Part shown: in pieces, positions 51,342 to 61,890 of the stretch
Numbering within the stretch: position 1 is the first letter of the stretch
Layout of the letters: each line of letters opens with the position of its first letter
Assembly (NCBI GenBank): GCA_965261085.1
Contig: OZ253442.1
Coordinates: 1,152,001 to 1,216,000, forward strand
Origin: a bacterium
GTDB taxonomy: Bacteria > UBA8248
Direction: 5' to 3'
Length of the DNA stretch: 64,000 bases
Notes under the pieces: generated by a model
Databases searched by the model: none
What the model was told of the DNA's origin: nothing
Seen by the model: only the letters and a program-made list of their open reading frames with translations
Made by a program: the position numbers and the translations under genes

Positions 51342-52760
51342 ATGGAATTGATGGCGGCAGGATATCATCTCTTCCACGTTTCCGACCTCGTGCGGTACGG
51401 CGCCAAGCCTCTGTGGGAACTGTCAGTCCGACCTGCCCTTCGCTCCGAATTCGCCAATCGCCTGCGGACGTTCCAATCGGTGGTCGATTACCTCCCTCAT
51501 CAGGTGTTCATCGGAAACCAGGGGCCGGAAGATCTGAATCGGGAGCCGAGGCCTTGGTTTTGCCGCACAAATGGGTCCGCGCCGGTAATCGGGAAGTTCG
51601 GGGAGATCCTTACCCAGCCGGATTTCTTTCTCCTCATGAAGGAAGCGGACCAGTTTGACTTGGTCTGGCTTGAATACGAGTGGCTATCCGGTCAGGAAGA
51701 CCCCTGGAGGTGCCGAGGGTGGAGTCAGGAGGGCCTCGGACCCCTGGAGGGGAAACTCTTGGGGGACATCAATGACGAGATAGACCGAGAAGGCGCTTTG
51801 CCGCTCTTCCACGAGGGGAAGACGGTGGGATGCGTGCGCCAAGCCCACGAGCAAGATCCAAATCTCGAACCGACGGTGCTTCTGGAGAATTTTGCCGCGA
51901 AGGCCACCGGTGCTTTCGCGCTGCGTCACCTGCTGACTCAACAACGGATGGATCCCGAAACGGTCGATGTGGTCCTCTCATGCTCTGAGGATGCGGTGGG
52001 CGATCGGTACAACAGGGGAGGGGGGAATCTGGCCAAGGCGATCGCGGAGATGGCGGGCTGCTCCAATGCGAGCGGGGTAGACATCAAATCCTTCTGTGCC
52101 TCGCCGGGTTACGCCATCGTCCACGGTGCGGCCCTCATCTCGGCCGGAATTGCACGCCAGGTGGCGGTGGTGGGCGGCGGCTCCCTCCCCAAGCTCGGGA
52201 TGAAGTTTCTGGGACATCTCAAGAACGACATGCCCATCCTGGAGGATGTCCTCGCCAGCATGGCCTTCCTGATGACCGGACGTACGGGGGAAGCTCCCTT
52301 CATCCGCATGGAGGCGATTGGGCAGCATCGGGTCAAGGCGGGGATCTCCGAGCAGGCGCTGCTCGAGACGCTGGTGGGCGAGCCGCTCCGGGCTCTTGGG
52401 ATGAAAATGCTGGACATCTCCCGTTTCGCCGTGGAGCTCCACAATCCGGAAATCACCGAGCCAGCGGGTAGCGGAGATGTCCCGCGCAACAACTACCGCT
52501 CGTTGGGGGCGTTCGCCGTTCTGCGGAAAGAAATACTCGCCACCGAGATCCCGGAGTTCGTGACTTCCCGGGGGATGGTGGGATTTTCCCCGACGCAGGG
52601 CCACATACCGGCCGCCGTCCCCTATGTCGGCCACGCTCTGTCCCGACTTCGGCAGGGAAGCTTGGACCACGTGATGTTCGTCGCCAAGGGAAGCCTCTTC
52701 CTCGGGCGGATGACCCAGCTGATGGACGGGATCTCGTTCGTCTTGTCACGGCCGGAATGA
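51342..52760 (+). CDS. grdC: reductase complex component C, beta subunit
   Basis: ENFAAKATG, CSEDAVGD..NRGGGNLAKAIAE, KLGM, FSPTQGHIP, KGSLFLGRMT. Confidence 0.94.
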   Translation: MELMAAGYHLFHVSDLVRYGAKPLWELSVRPALRSEFANRLRTFQSVVDYLPHQVFIGNQGPEDLNREPRPWFCRTNGSAPVIGKFGEILTQPDFFLLMKEADQFDLVWLEYEWLSGQEDPWRCRGWSQEGLGPLEGKLLGDINDEIDREGALPLFHEGKTVGCVRQAHEQDPNLEPTVLLENFAAKATGAFALRHLLTQQRMDPETVDVVLSCSEDAVGDRYNRGGGNLAKAIAEMAGCSNASGVDIKSFCASPGYAIVHGAALISAGIARQVAVVGGGSLPKLGMKFLGHLKNDMPILEDVLASMAFLMTGRTGEAPFIRMEAIGQHRVKAGISEQALLETLVGEPLRALGMKMLDISRFAVELHNPEITEPAGSGDVPRNNYRSLGAFAVLRKEILATEIPEFVTSRGMVGFSPTQGHIPAAVPYVGHALSRLRQGSLDHVMFVAKGSLFLGRMTQLMDGISFVLSRPE

Positions 52761-52786
52761 GGTCTACGCTTTGACTGGGAGATGCC

Positions 52787-54070
52787 ATGCGCCTGGAAGT
52801 TCATAATCATACCGTCCGCGAAATAGAGTTCGGATCGAAAAATCAGATGAAAGATGGCAACTTATGCATCGATCCCTCGTACTTGGAAAAGCTCGCACGT
52901 CCGCATCCGGCCATCCAGCGGGTGGCCGTTGAGATTGCGCGGCCGAACGAATCCGTGCGCATCGTCAATCCGCTCGACGCCGTCGAGCCCATCGCCAAGG
53001 CGGGGCCCGCGCCCCTGGACGCCTTCCCCGGTTTCATCGGCCCATCCCAAACGGTCGGCAGCGGCGTCACACACCGGTTAAGCAATCTGCGCGTGGTGCA
53101 GTGCGGAATCTTCCCCAAAAAGTCCACCGGCGTCCTGACCGTCCGCCCGGCAGTGATCGACATGGCTGGCCCGGCCGCCCCCCTCTGCGCCTGCTCGGAC
53201 AGCTTCAACCTCGTGCTCACGTTTTGGCCTTGTCCGGACGCGACGAACCACGAGTTTGATGTGGCCATTCGAACAGTGACTCTGCAGTTCGCCCATCATC
53301 TCGGGAGCCTCGGCTTCGAGCAGGAGCTGGACGACGTGGAAGTGTTCGACATAGCAGCGTCATCGGACGGCCAGAAGCCACGCGTCGTCTATATCGGCCA
53401 AGTCCAGGACCAAGGGGAACTCGTCCAAACCTTCCTTTACGGGCAGAGCACGCGAATCCATACCCCTACCGCTCTATACCCGACGGAAATGCTGGATGGC
53501 GCGGTGGTGAGCGGCAATTACAAGAGTGCGATGAAAATTCCCACGTTCATGCATTGCCGCAACCCGGCAATCATGGAATTGCTAGACCGGCACGACAGAG
53601 ATCTGCTGTTCGCGGGGGTGATTCTGACGCGGGGTCACAACGACAACCACTTGCTGAAGGAGCGGAGCGCCTATTTTGCGGCGAACCTGGCGCGGCTGCT
53701 TCAAGCCGATGGCGCGATCATCAGTATCGAGGGGACCGGCAACACCATCATCGATGCAATGCTGACGGTGCGGGCCTGCGAGTCGGCAGGCATCAAGACG
53801 GTGCTGAAAATCCATGAGCACGCAGGGCAAGACGGGCGCGACTTTCCGGTCGCGGATTTCGTCCCGGAAGCGGATGTCATCGTGAGCACGGGGAATCTGG
53901 ACGAGCCGTTGGTCCTGCCGCCAGTGGAAAAGGTCCTCGGGCCCCAACCGCTCGAATTCTACGAGCGCCCACCCATCGATCCATTGGCGGGCGGGGAAGT
54001 GACGGGACACGAGCTTTACGCAAGCCAGTGGCAGATGGGGATATCGGGGATTTCCTGCGTCTCCTTCTAG
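52787..54070 (+). CDS. reductase component B proprotein (GrdE/GrdI family)
   Basis: IARPNESVRI..DAVEP, IDMAGP, PTEMLDGAVVSG, EGTGN, VSTGN. Confidence 0.92.
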   Translation: MRLEVHNHTVREIEFGSKNQMKDGNLCIDPSYLEKLARPHPAIQRVAVEIARPNESVRIVNPLDAVEPIAKAGPAPLDAFPGFIGPSQTVGSGVTHRLSNLRVVQCGIFPKKSTGVLTVRPAVIDMAGPAAPLCACSDSFNLVLTFWPCPDATNHEFDVAIRTVTLQFAHHLGSLGFEQELDDVEVFDIAASSDGQKPRVVYIGQVQDQGELVQTFLYGQSTRIHTPTALYPTEMLDGAVVSGNYKSAMKIPTFMHCRNPAIMELLDRHDRDLLFAGVILTRGHNDNHLLKERSAYFAANLARLLQADGAIISIEGTGNTIIDAMLTVRACESAGIKTVLKIHEHAGQDGRDFPVADFVPEADVIVSTGNLDEPLVLPPVEKVLGPQPLEFYERPPIDPLAGGEVTGHELYASQWQMGISGISCVSF

Positions 54071-54080
54071 GAGAGAATTC

Positions 54081-55415
54081 ATGTCCATTCGAGTGGTCCA
54101 TTATCTCAATCAATATTTTGGCGGCAAGGGGGGTGAAGAAAAGGCGGATTGCCCATTGGAGATCATAGAAGGCCCCGTAGGGCCCGGGAAGCTACTCCAG
54201 CGGGAGTTGGGCGACGACGCTTTTGTGACGACCATTATTTGCGGCGACGGTACCTTCGAGAAGGCCGAAGGCCAGACCCTCGAAGAAATTCGGCGGGCCA
54301 TCCGGGGGGCATCGCCCCATGTGCTCATCGCGGGGCCAGCGTTCGCGTCCGGAAGATACGGACTGGCCTGCGGTGCGGTGGCGGCCTGTGCCATGAGCGA
54401 CTGCGGAGTCCCGGCGGTCGTCGGAATGTCGGAGGAGAATCCCGCCCTGGAGTTATATCGCGCGCATGCTTATGTGGTCCCCTCAGGGGATTCCGTCGTG
54501 GAAATGCCGGCCTCTCTGCAGCGGATGGCCCACCTCGCAGTGCGCTTGGGGAGGAGGGAATCCGTCGGAAGCCCGGAGGAGGAAGGCTACTTCCCTCGCG
54601 GCATCCGAAGGAACGCCCGCCATCGCCGCTCGGCGGAAGGGAGGGCGCTAGATCTTCTCCTCGAGAAAATCCGGATGGAGAGCCCGCGGACCGAACTTCG
54701 CCTCAGCGCGGCCGAGGTCGTTCCGCCTCCCTCACCCCTGGCCAACCTGACCGAATCCACCATCGCCGTGGTGACCGAGTGTGGGGTCGTCCCCAAGGGA
54801 AATCCCGGTCGAGTCGAAGGTGTCCGAACGCAGAAATGGGAAAAGTACAGCCTCGATGGTCTTAAGGCGCTTTCCGCCGAGACCCACGAATCCATTCATG
54901 GAGGATACGACAACACGCGGATCAACGAGGACCCCAACAGAGGCGTGCCGCTGGATGCGCTTCGGTCGTTGGAAAGGGAGGGGTTCTTCGGAAGGCTTCA
55001 CGATACCTACTACGTGACCTGCGGGAACTGGGGCAATGTCGGCGTGATGAGCCAGATCGGTAAGGTCATCGCCGCTGAACTGAAAGAGGCTGGGATTCAC
55101 GGGGTCTTGGTGCCGGCTACGTGAGGGTCGGGGACGCGTAGCGGAGCTACGCTGGCGAAACAACTCGAGGCGGCGGGGATTCCCACCGTCTTGGTAACCT
55201 GCTTCTTCACCGTTGCCTTATCTATGGGCTGCAACCGCATTGTGCGGGGCGTCCGATTCCATCACCCGTTCGGGGATCCGGAACTGACCGAGGAGAGAGA
55301 GCGCACCCTTCGGAAGGATCTGGTGCGCGCGGCTCTTCAGACGCTCACCATTTCGATAGACAAGCAAACGGTCTTCGACACGGGCGCGCTGCTAGATGCG
55401 AGCAGCGTGAATTGA
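54081..55415 (+). CDS. grdB: reductase selenoprotein B (GrdB/GrdH family)
   Basis: VVHYLNQYFGG.GGEEKA, GPAF.SGRYG, HGGYD, LVPAT-U(TGA 55122-55124)-GSGTRSG; GCGTAGC-GGA-GCTACGC hairpin 11 nt after UGA. Confidence 0.94.
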
Positions 55416-55622
55416 AATGTCCGGGTGAATTCTTGAGGAGAAACGACGATGAAAAAAAAGGATTTCTGATGAATCGCCGGGGATTTCTCCAAAAGCTCAT
55501 CGCGCTCGGCGTCCGGGAGGGGGGAGCACACTACGTCCGGAGTTCCGCGGAGAACATCTCATGCACGCTACACACAACGCCTCAATGAGTTATAAAGCGA
55601 GGCTCTTAACTGAGGAGGGAGA

Positions 55623-56675
55623 GTGATGCCACGTAACAAAAAGATGGTGACACGGAGAAGTTTTCTGAAGAAATCTGCCTTTACTCTGGGAGCATTAACT
55701 GCAGCACCTGGCGTCCTTGCCAAGCCTAGGAAGGGGTACGCTGCTAGCTTCCCAAGCAAGCCAATACACGTGACAGTGCCCTGGAGACCGGGTGGCGGGA
55801 CGGATATTTTTACACGGGGCATTACGCCTGCCTGGGAGAAAGTTCTAGGAGTTCCGATTGTCGTCATTAACAAGCCTGGGGGCAACAACCAGGTCGGCTA
55901 CGAATATGTCTACGGTAAGGAACCTGATGGCTATAACATGGTCTTCGGCCAGCTGCCGAATTTGAATATCACATATCTCTTCCAGAAACCCCCCTACAAG
56001 GCGGAGAGCTGGTCATGGCTGGCGCTGGTTCACGATGACCAGCAGATTTTCTACTGCGCCAAGCAAGCGCCGTGGAAAGACCTGGGAGACCTGGTTGGAG
56101 ATATGAAGCGCCGCCCGGGAGAGATTAGTGTCGGAACCACCTCAAGAGGCTGGCATTACTACTTTCCCCGCCTTCTCGAAAAGAAGACGGGCCTTAAGTT
56201 CGGCAAGATACTCCCGTTCGAAAGCGGAAAGGGAGCCAGTTTGACTCGTGAAATCCGAGGCGGCCATCAGCTGCTCGCGACTCATGGTAGTTGGGTCTCC
56301 TGGGCTCGCAGAGTTCCAACATTTGCACGCGGCTTGGGGACGTGTGCCTTGAAGAGAAGTCCCTTGTGGCCAAATGTTCCTACGTGGAACGAGGTCCTGC
56401 CTCCAGAGCAGCATGTCACAGAGGATGAAATCTACCCGACTGTTTACAAGGGTTTCGTGTTTCCGAGTGCAGTCAAAGAGCAGTATCCAGACCGTTGGAA
56501 AGTGCTAGATGAAACATGGCGACAAACGATGACCACGAAGGCATTTAAGGATGCCGTTGCTAAACTTAGGGCGACAACAGTTATTCGATATAAGGGACTC
56601 GATGAGGCTGACAGAGAGATGAAGAAGTTCGACAAGATTTTGACGGAGCACAAAGACATTTTCGCGCGAAGGTAG
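55623..56675 (+). CDS. tctC: tripartite tricarboxylate transporter substrate-binding protein (Bug/TctC) with Tat signal
   Basis: TRRSFLK, FPSKPI..VPW.PGGGTD, NKPGG, PDGY, PNVPT..E. Confidence 0.92.
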   Translation: MMPRNKKMVTRRSFLKKSAFTLGALTAAPGVLAKPRKGYAASFPSKPIHVTVPWRPGGGTDIFTRGITPAWEKVLGVPIVVINKPGGNNQVGYEYVYGKEPDGYNMVFGQLPNLNITYLFQKPPYKAESWSWLALVHDDQQIFYCAKQAPWKDLGDLVGDMKRRPGEISVGTTSRGWHYYFPRLLEKKTGLKFGKILPFESGKGASLTREIRGGHQLLATHGSWVSWARRVPTFARGLGTCALKRSPLWPNVPTWNEVLPPEQHVTEDEIYPTVYKGFVFPSAVKEQYPDRWKVLDETWRQTMTTKAFKDAVAKLRATTVIRYKGLDEADREMKKFDKILTEHKDIFARR

Positions 56676-56761
56676 AACAAATTTGTAGGGTGAAGCTGGA
56701 TCAAAGACAGGGATGAGGGGGAAACGTTCAATCCTGAGCACCCTCAGGAAGTAGGGCACTT

Positions 56762-57178
56762 ATGCGCTTACATCGCTTATTCTTGCCAACTTTTGCGGTT
56801 GTATTCTCAATCGGTTATTTCTTTGACACCTACTCTCTTCCATTTTCCTCGACTTTGTATCCGCGAATCCTCATAGTTCTTCTTCTTGGCTTGTCCGTCT
56901 ATGAGCTTTGGAAAGAACTCCACGATGCCAGCCCCGAAACAGAAGAAGAGAAAATGCCAAATCGCCAAATCTTGTCAAAGATTGGTGCTGTGATCATTCT
57001 TTCTGTTGCCTATGCCCTCACGGTCGAGCGCATGGGCTTCCTACTGGCGACTCCCGTATTAGTATTTTTTATGCTTCTCGTGTGCCGTGTGACGGCCTGG
57101 AAATCGATACTCATGGCAATTTGTACGACAGCGGCATTTTATACTGTATTCGTAAAGTTTCTTCTTCTTCCGCTTTAA
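56762..57178 (+). CDS. tctB: TTT small membrane subunit
   Basis: 4 TM, MGFLLAT, between tctC and tctA. Confidence 0.85.
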   Translation: MRLHRLFLPTFAVVFSIGYFFDTYSLPFSSTLYPRILIVLLLGLSVYELWKELHDASPETEEEKMPNRQILSKIGAVIILSVAYALTVERMGFLLATPVLVFFMLLVCRVTAWKSILMAICTTAAFYTVFVKFLLLPL

Positions 57179-57190
57179 GGGAGCGTCACC

Positions 57191-58690
57191 ATGTATGACG
57201 CGATGTGGCCCGGGCTTCATTTGCTTTTTAAATTCGAAAATTTGATTTTTCTGTTTATCGGTGTACCAATAGGAATTATTTTTGGCGCTTTACCAGGAAT
57301 AAACTCGACCACTGCCATGGTATTAATGCTTCCCTTCACTTTCTGGATGAAGCCAGAACAGGCCGTCATATTTTTGATGGCTATTGCTGGTGCCTCAATT
57401 TACGGTGGCGCAATTCCAGCGATTCTTTTTGGAATGCCTGGAACACCAGGATCTAGCGTAACCGCCATTGAGGGCTATGCAATGACCCGCAATGGCGAAG
57501 GGATTAGAGCTCTTTCCATATCAGCTCTCGCCTCTTCCATAGGAGCTTTCCTGAGCGGCATTTCCTTAATGGTACTTGCTCCCCTCCTCGCTGTTTTCGC
57601 TCTCACATTCAGCTTTCCGGAGTTGGTGCTTATTGCTTGCTTTGCCCTTATCTTCCTCGCAGCCTTCAAAAAGTCGATGACTAAAGGACTCCTGGCCGCT
57701 CTTTTAGGACTTTTATTGGCAACTATCGGGACAGACCCTTTCTTTGGATACCCCAGGATGATTCTGGGCGTAGTCGCGTTATATGAGGGCCCATCGATTA
57801 TTGTAGCCCTTATTGGCTTCCTCTGCTTTTCTGAGGTTCTGATCCTTTGTGAGAGGCAGAGCGTAGTTAGGAGGGATGTGGAAACCCGAAGGGGAATAAG
57901 AGAAGTATATTTAGGTATATCCGATGTTTTACACAAACCAATCCATGTGCTTGCCGGCACTATCGCGGGTATCATAGTTGGCGCAATTCCTGGAGCTGGC
58001 ACTGGCATAGCCAACTTTCTGGGATACGTCGCGGGGAATGCCTTATCCAAGAACCCCGATCAATTTGGCAGAGGGACAGTCGATGGCGTTATCGGACCAG
58101 AGGCCGCAAACAGCGCAGTGGAAGGCAGCTCGTTGATTCTCGCGCTTACAGTTGGTATCCCCGGTAGCGGGATGGCTGCTGTAGTTCTTGCAGCGCTTAT
58201 GATTCACGGCATTGTACCGGGGCCTGATGTTTTCATACTTAAAGGCGAGCTCGTGTGGGCTGTGATGTGGTCAATTCTTTTGGGCGCTGTCGTAGTTTGC
58301 ATTGTGGGCTTGACATTGTGCAATTATTTCGGCCGCTTGGTGAGCCTTCCCATATCATATCTAGTCCCATTTCTAGTCCTGTTCATGATCATCGGGAGTT
58401 ATGCTGCGCGCAATTCAGCAGTCGACATTGTGACGATGATAGTCCTTGGGGTGCTTGGCTATTTCATGGCAAAATCTGGGTATGAGCGGCTGGCCATCGT
58501 ATTTCCGTTTATTCTTGGTGGGATGATTGAGCAAGGAATTGTATTATCGTTGCAACGCTCAGACGGGAACCCCCTCATATTCTTCCAAAGGCCTCTCGAT
58601 TTAGTGCTTTGGGCTTTTCTTGTCCTAGGGCTTCTCTCAATTAGGTGGCTGAAACGGCGAGTAGAGCGCACAGCTGAGCCATTCGTTTAG
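57191..58690 (+). CDS. tctA: TTT large permease
   Basis: GALPG, YGGAIPAIL..PGTP, PEAAN, GIPGS, PGP. Confidence 0.95.
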   Translation: MYDAMWPGLHLLFKFENLIFLFIGVPIGIIFGALPGINSTTAMVLMLPFTFWMKPEQAVIFLMAIAGASIYGGAIPAILFGMPGTPGSSVTAIEGYAMTRNGEGIRALSISALASSIGAFLSGISLMVLAPLLAVFALTFSFPELVLIACFALIFLAAFKKSMTKGLLAALLGLLLATIGTDPFFGYPRMILGVVALYEGPSIIVALIGFLCFSEVLILCERQSVVRRDVETRRGIREVYLGISDVLHKPIHVLAGTIAGIIVGAIPGAGTGIANFLGYVAGNALSKNPDQFGRGTVDGVIGPEAANSAVEGSSLILALTVGIPGSGMAAVVLAALMIHGIVPGPDVFILKGELVWAVMWSILLGAVVVCIVGLTLCNYFGRLVSLPISYLVPFLVLFMIIGSYAARNSAVDIVTMIVLGVLGYFMAKSGYERLAIVFPFILGGMIEQGIVLSLQRSDGNPLIFFQRPLDLVLWAFLVLGLLSIRWLKRRVERTAEPFV

Positions 58691-59859
58691 TCCCACGTGG
58701 GGTCAATCCCGCCCGGGGAGCCTGAATACGAGACTACGGATTGATAGATAACCTAAGCTTAAAGCTCAATTCTAATCTTTTCATGTGAGGATTGCACGCA
58801 GCTTTTGAACAGAAGTATGGGCAGTTGACCTGCCCTCAGTTGTTGTACCACTCCTGTGCTCCGCAAAAATTGGATCCTCCATAAAAAGAATACTTTGCCG
58901 AGGTCGCCAGATCAGGTTTAGGCGTGCCATGATCCATCTTATGGTCAAAGCCAAAGCCATTTTTCATGTTCTGATTGCCCCGTGCATGGCAAATTAGTAA
59001 ATCGCCATGCACAGGATTCATGGAGTAGGAAAAAACGACTAAAGCCCGATCCACTTCCGGGAGGGCATTTGCACAGGCCTGAGGAACCCACCGGAACCAT
59101 CTGGGTGGTGTCCTTATAGGTAACTACAACCGGTGCGTATCAGTACCAACCGGAGTCACTCAGGTTCACTTCGGGAATTGCTCAACTCCTTGAAACGTAT
59201 CGCTCCAGGTCACTACAAGCTCAATCAGGCTCATACCCCTTGCATTGCCCTTACAAGGCAACGTTTCTCGGCATCTGAATTATTCTCCCCAATATTTTTC
59301 TCGGGCCATGTCACATAATCCGTATACTGGCCCCCATGGGCACAGGGGCAGGGGGCGCGACACTCGTTTTCTGATACCGGTGCTAGCGCTCCCCCCTGCG
59401 CGCCCTCTCTCCCCGAGTGCCTTCCCCTGGATTTGAAGGCGGACAATTCACGGACAGAGCAGAGAATTAGGTTGGAAATAAAGAGATTCAAGGGGGCCGT
59501 TGGGTTCATAACCCAACGCGCGCGGAAAAAGTGGCTCGCGAGGCATTGATGCGATTCGCCGAAGAATCTTTTTATACTCAAAACCCACCACCATATAAAT
59601 TGACAGATAAAACCATTATCCTGCATCCGCTTGGGCGCGATTTTTTTAAGCGTAATATGAAAATCGTCTGGTGTTGGGCTTTATGCACAGGACGAACTAT
59701 CGACAAGCACGGAACCCAAACATTCCTGCGGTCGCCAACAAGATCGGTTTTCCAGAATCTCGCGGACAATGGAAAGGAGAGCGGGAGACTTCCTGCGCGG
59801 GGGCGCGGACCCCCGGGAGGGGGAGCACCTCTTCGAGCGCAAGGCGGCGGACGCTCTCT

Positions 59860-61020
59860 CCCCGCGCGCTCACTCGATGAGCGAACTGCTTCTCGCGAGT
59901 TCGTTTCACATCGCCTCGGGGGAGGGCGAGGGCAAGGGTGAGTCCGGACGCTGGTCGCTGTGGGGCCCGGGGGGCGCGCTCGAGCTTCAGCGGCAGGGAC
60001 GGCGACCTCGCGCTGGACGGCGACGTCACGACGGGTCTCGTGGGCGCGGACTACGAATCGGGCAAGGCGCTCCTGGGCGTGGCGCTCGCCTGGAGCGCGG
60101 GGGATGGTTCCTACAAGGGCGCAGGCGCTGCGGGCGAGCTCGAATCCACGCTTGCGAGCGTATACCCCTACCTGCGCTACAGGATGAGCGAGCGCCTCTC
60201 GGTCTGGGGCGTCGTGGGAATGGGCGAGGGCGACCTGACGCTTAAGACGCCCACGGGCGAGACGATGGAGACCGGCCTCTCGCTGGCGATGGCGGCGCTG
60301 GGGGTGCGCGGGGCGCTTCTCTCGAGGGCGGGCTACGAGTTGGCGGTGAAGTCCGACTTCACCTTCGTGCAGAGCGAATCGGAGAAGACGACGGGCCTGG
60401 CCTCCGCGGAGGCGCAGACGAGGCGCCTGCGCCTCGTGTTCGAGGGTTCGCGCGAGATGGACTTGGGCGCCGGTTCGCTGACGCCCTCGGTGGAGGTGGG
60501 CCTGCGCTACGACGGTGGCGACGCGGAGACGGGCGCCGGCGTGGAGTTGGGCGGCGGGGTGCGCTACGCGGCTTCGGGGCTCACGATGGAGGTCCGCGTA
60601 CGGGGCCTCCTCGCGCACGAGGAGAGCGACTATGAGGAATGGGGCGTGAGCGCCTCGGTGGTCTTCTCTCCCGGTTCGGAGGGGCGCGGGCTCTCGATGC
60701 GCGTGGGTTCGGCCTGGGGCGCCGCCTCGGGCGGGGCGGGCCGCATCTGGACGGGCGGGGCGGCGGGTCTCGCGGGGAGTGCGGATCAGCCCGGCGCGAG
60801 CCTGGACGCGGAGGTGGCCTACGGGCTGGACGCCTTGCGCGGCCTGCTGACGCCGTATGCGGGCGTGGCGCTCTCGGAGAACGGCGAGACCTGGCGCGCG
60901 GGCGCGCGCTGGAAACTCGGTCCCGCCTTCGACTTGGAGCTGGAGGCGAGCCTGAAGGAACCCGTAGGGGATGAGGAGCCCGAAGGCGGACTCCTCCTGC
61001 GCGGCTCGAGAAGGTGGTAG
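59860..61020 (+). pseudogene. orphan autotransporter beta-barrel (5'-truncated, frameshifted near 59970); paralog of the 12617 barrel
   Basis: LLLASSFHIAS..GRWSLW / DGDVTTGLVGADY...GLRYDGGDAETG...LRGSRRW. Confidence 0.88.
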
Positions 61021-61159
61021 GCGGACCGCTTCCCGCTTGAAGCGGACGCCGCCGCCGGAGGAATCCGGCGGCGCTACGGGGCGCGGGCGGTGGTTCCCGA
61101 ACCGACGTTTCGGGCTGGACTTTGGAGGAGCGCCGCACGATTCACCGACACGTGTAAAA

Positions 61160-61562
61160 GTTCAGTCGTGGGGTGATAGAGTGGACCACAGCATCGACTG
61201 GGTCGATCTTGACGGCGGGTTCACGGACATGATGACCAGATTGAGAATGCTAGCCGTATACCGCAACCGCTTGATTCTTCTGCCGCCTTCGAATTAAGAA
61301 AGCACCGGGTCAAGCCAACTATGATCGGGAAGAACACAGAAACGTCGCTGGCCCCGACGACGCCATCACCCCACGACTGAACCATTACGACGTGGACGCG
61401 ACGGGATGCGCAGAAGTTTCAATGAATCCGCTTTCGTTTTGATTACTAATTGTAGAAGGCAGATTCTGAATAAATTCAGAAAACTTATATATCCAAAATA
61501 ATTTCAATAAGATATAGGGGTTTCATAGCCGATCAAAACCTCTTAATGTCTCTAAGACGAGC
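61160..61562 (+). repeat. recombination-like site, copy C (perfect 18-bp IR 61160-61177 / 61365-61382 plus block 61402-61562)
   Basis: GTTCAGTCGTGGGGTGAT inverted pair; direct repeat of 40739-40899. Confidence 0.85.
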
Positions 61563-61593
61563 GAAGGCAAAAACAGAATGAGGATTGAACCCT

Positions 61594-61870
61594 CTACCGA
61601 ACCGCCTGGACTTCGAGCCGAAGCCCCTCGCGCTCCTGGAGACAAGCGATGACCTCGAACAAATTGCGGGCTTGGGGTCAGCCCCGACCGAAGAGGGAGT
61701 CGAGCTTCCCCGAGGAGGGGAAGGTCGTGCCGGCCCGAACATGCGCATCAAGCTCTTGGGCGATTTTCCGGTGAGGTCAATCGCGACTGATGAAGGAGCG
61801 ATTGCTACGATTGATGAAAGCCGATGGTCGCGTTGATGAAATCGCGCAGCACCGCCTTGCCGACTTCCAT
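61594..61870 (-). pseudogene. addiction-module antitoxin-like HTH remnant
   Basis: GKAVLRDFINATIGF, GKSPKSLMRMFGP and PQARNLFEVIACLQEREG fragments in broken frames; second fragment near 62374-62430. Confidence 0.7.
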
Positions 61871-61890
61871 CCGATGTGTGTCTCAGAATT

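Noticed and set aside
43483-55124. TGA codons in the DsbA-like gene, grdA and grdB as nonsense mutations
   Set aside because: Each sits at the catalytic Cys/Sec position with a downstream hairpin
58836-59626. Short ORFs downstream of tctA
   Set aside because: No recognisable motifs or RBS; probably decayed DNA
12617-61020. Diversity-generating retroelement or retron acting on the paralogous segments
   Set aside because: No reverse transcriptase, and I saw no adenine-specific mismatch pattern
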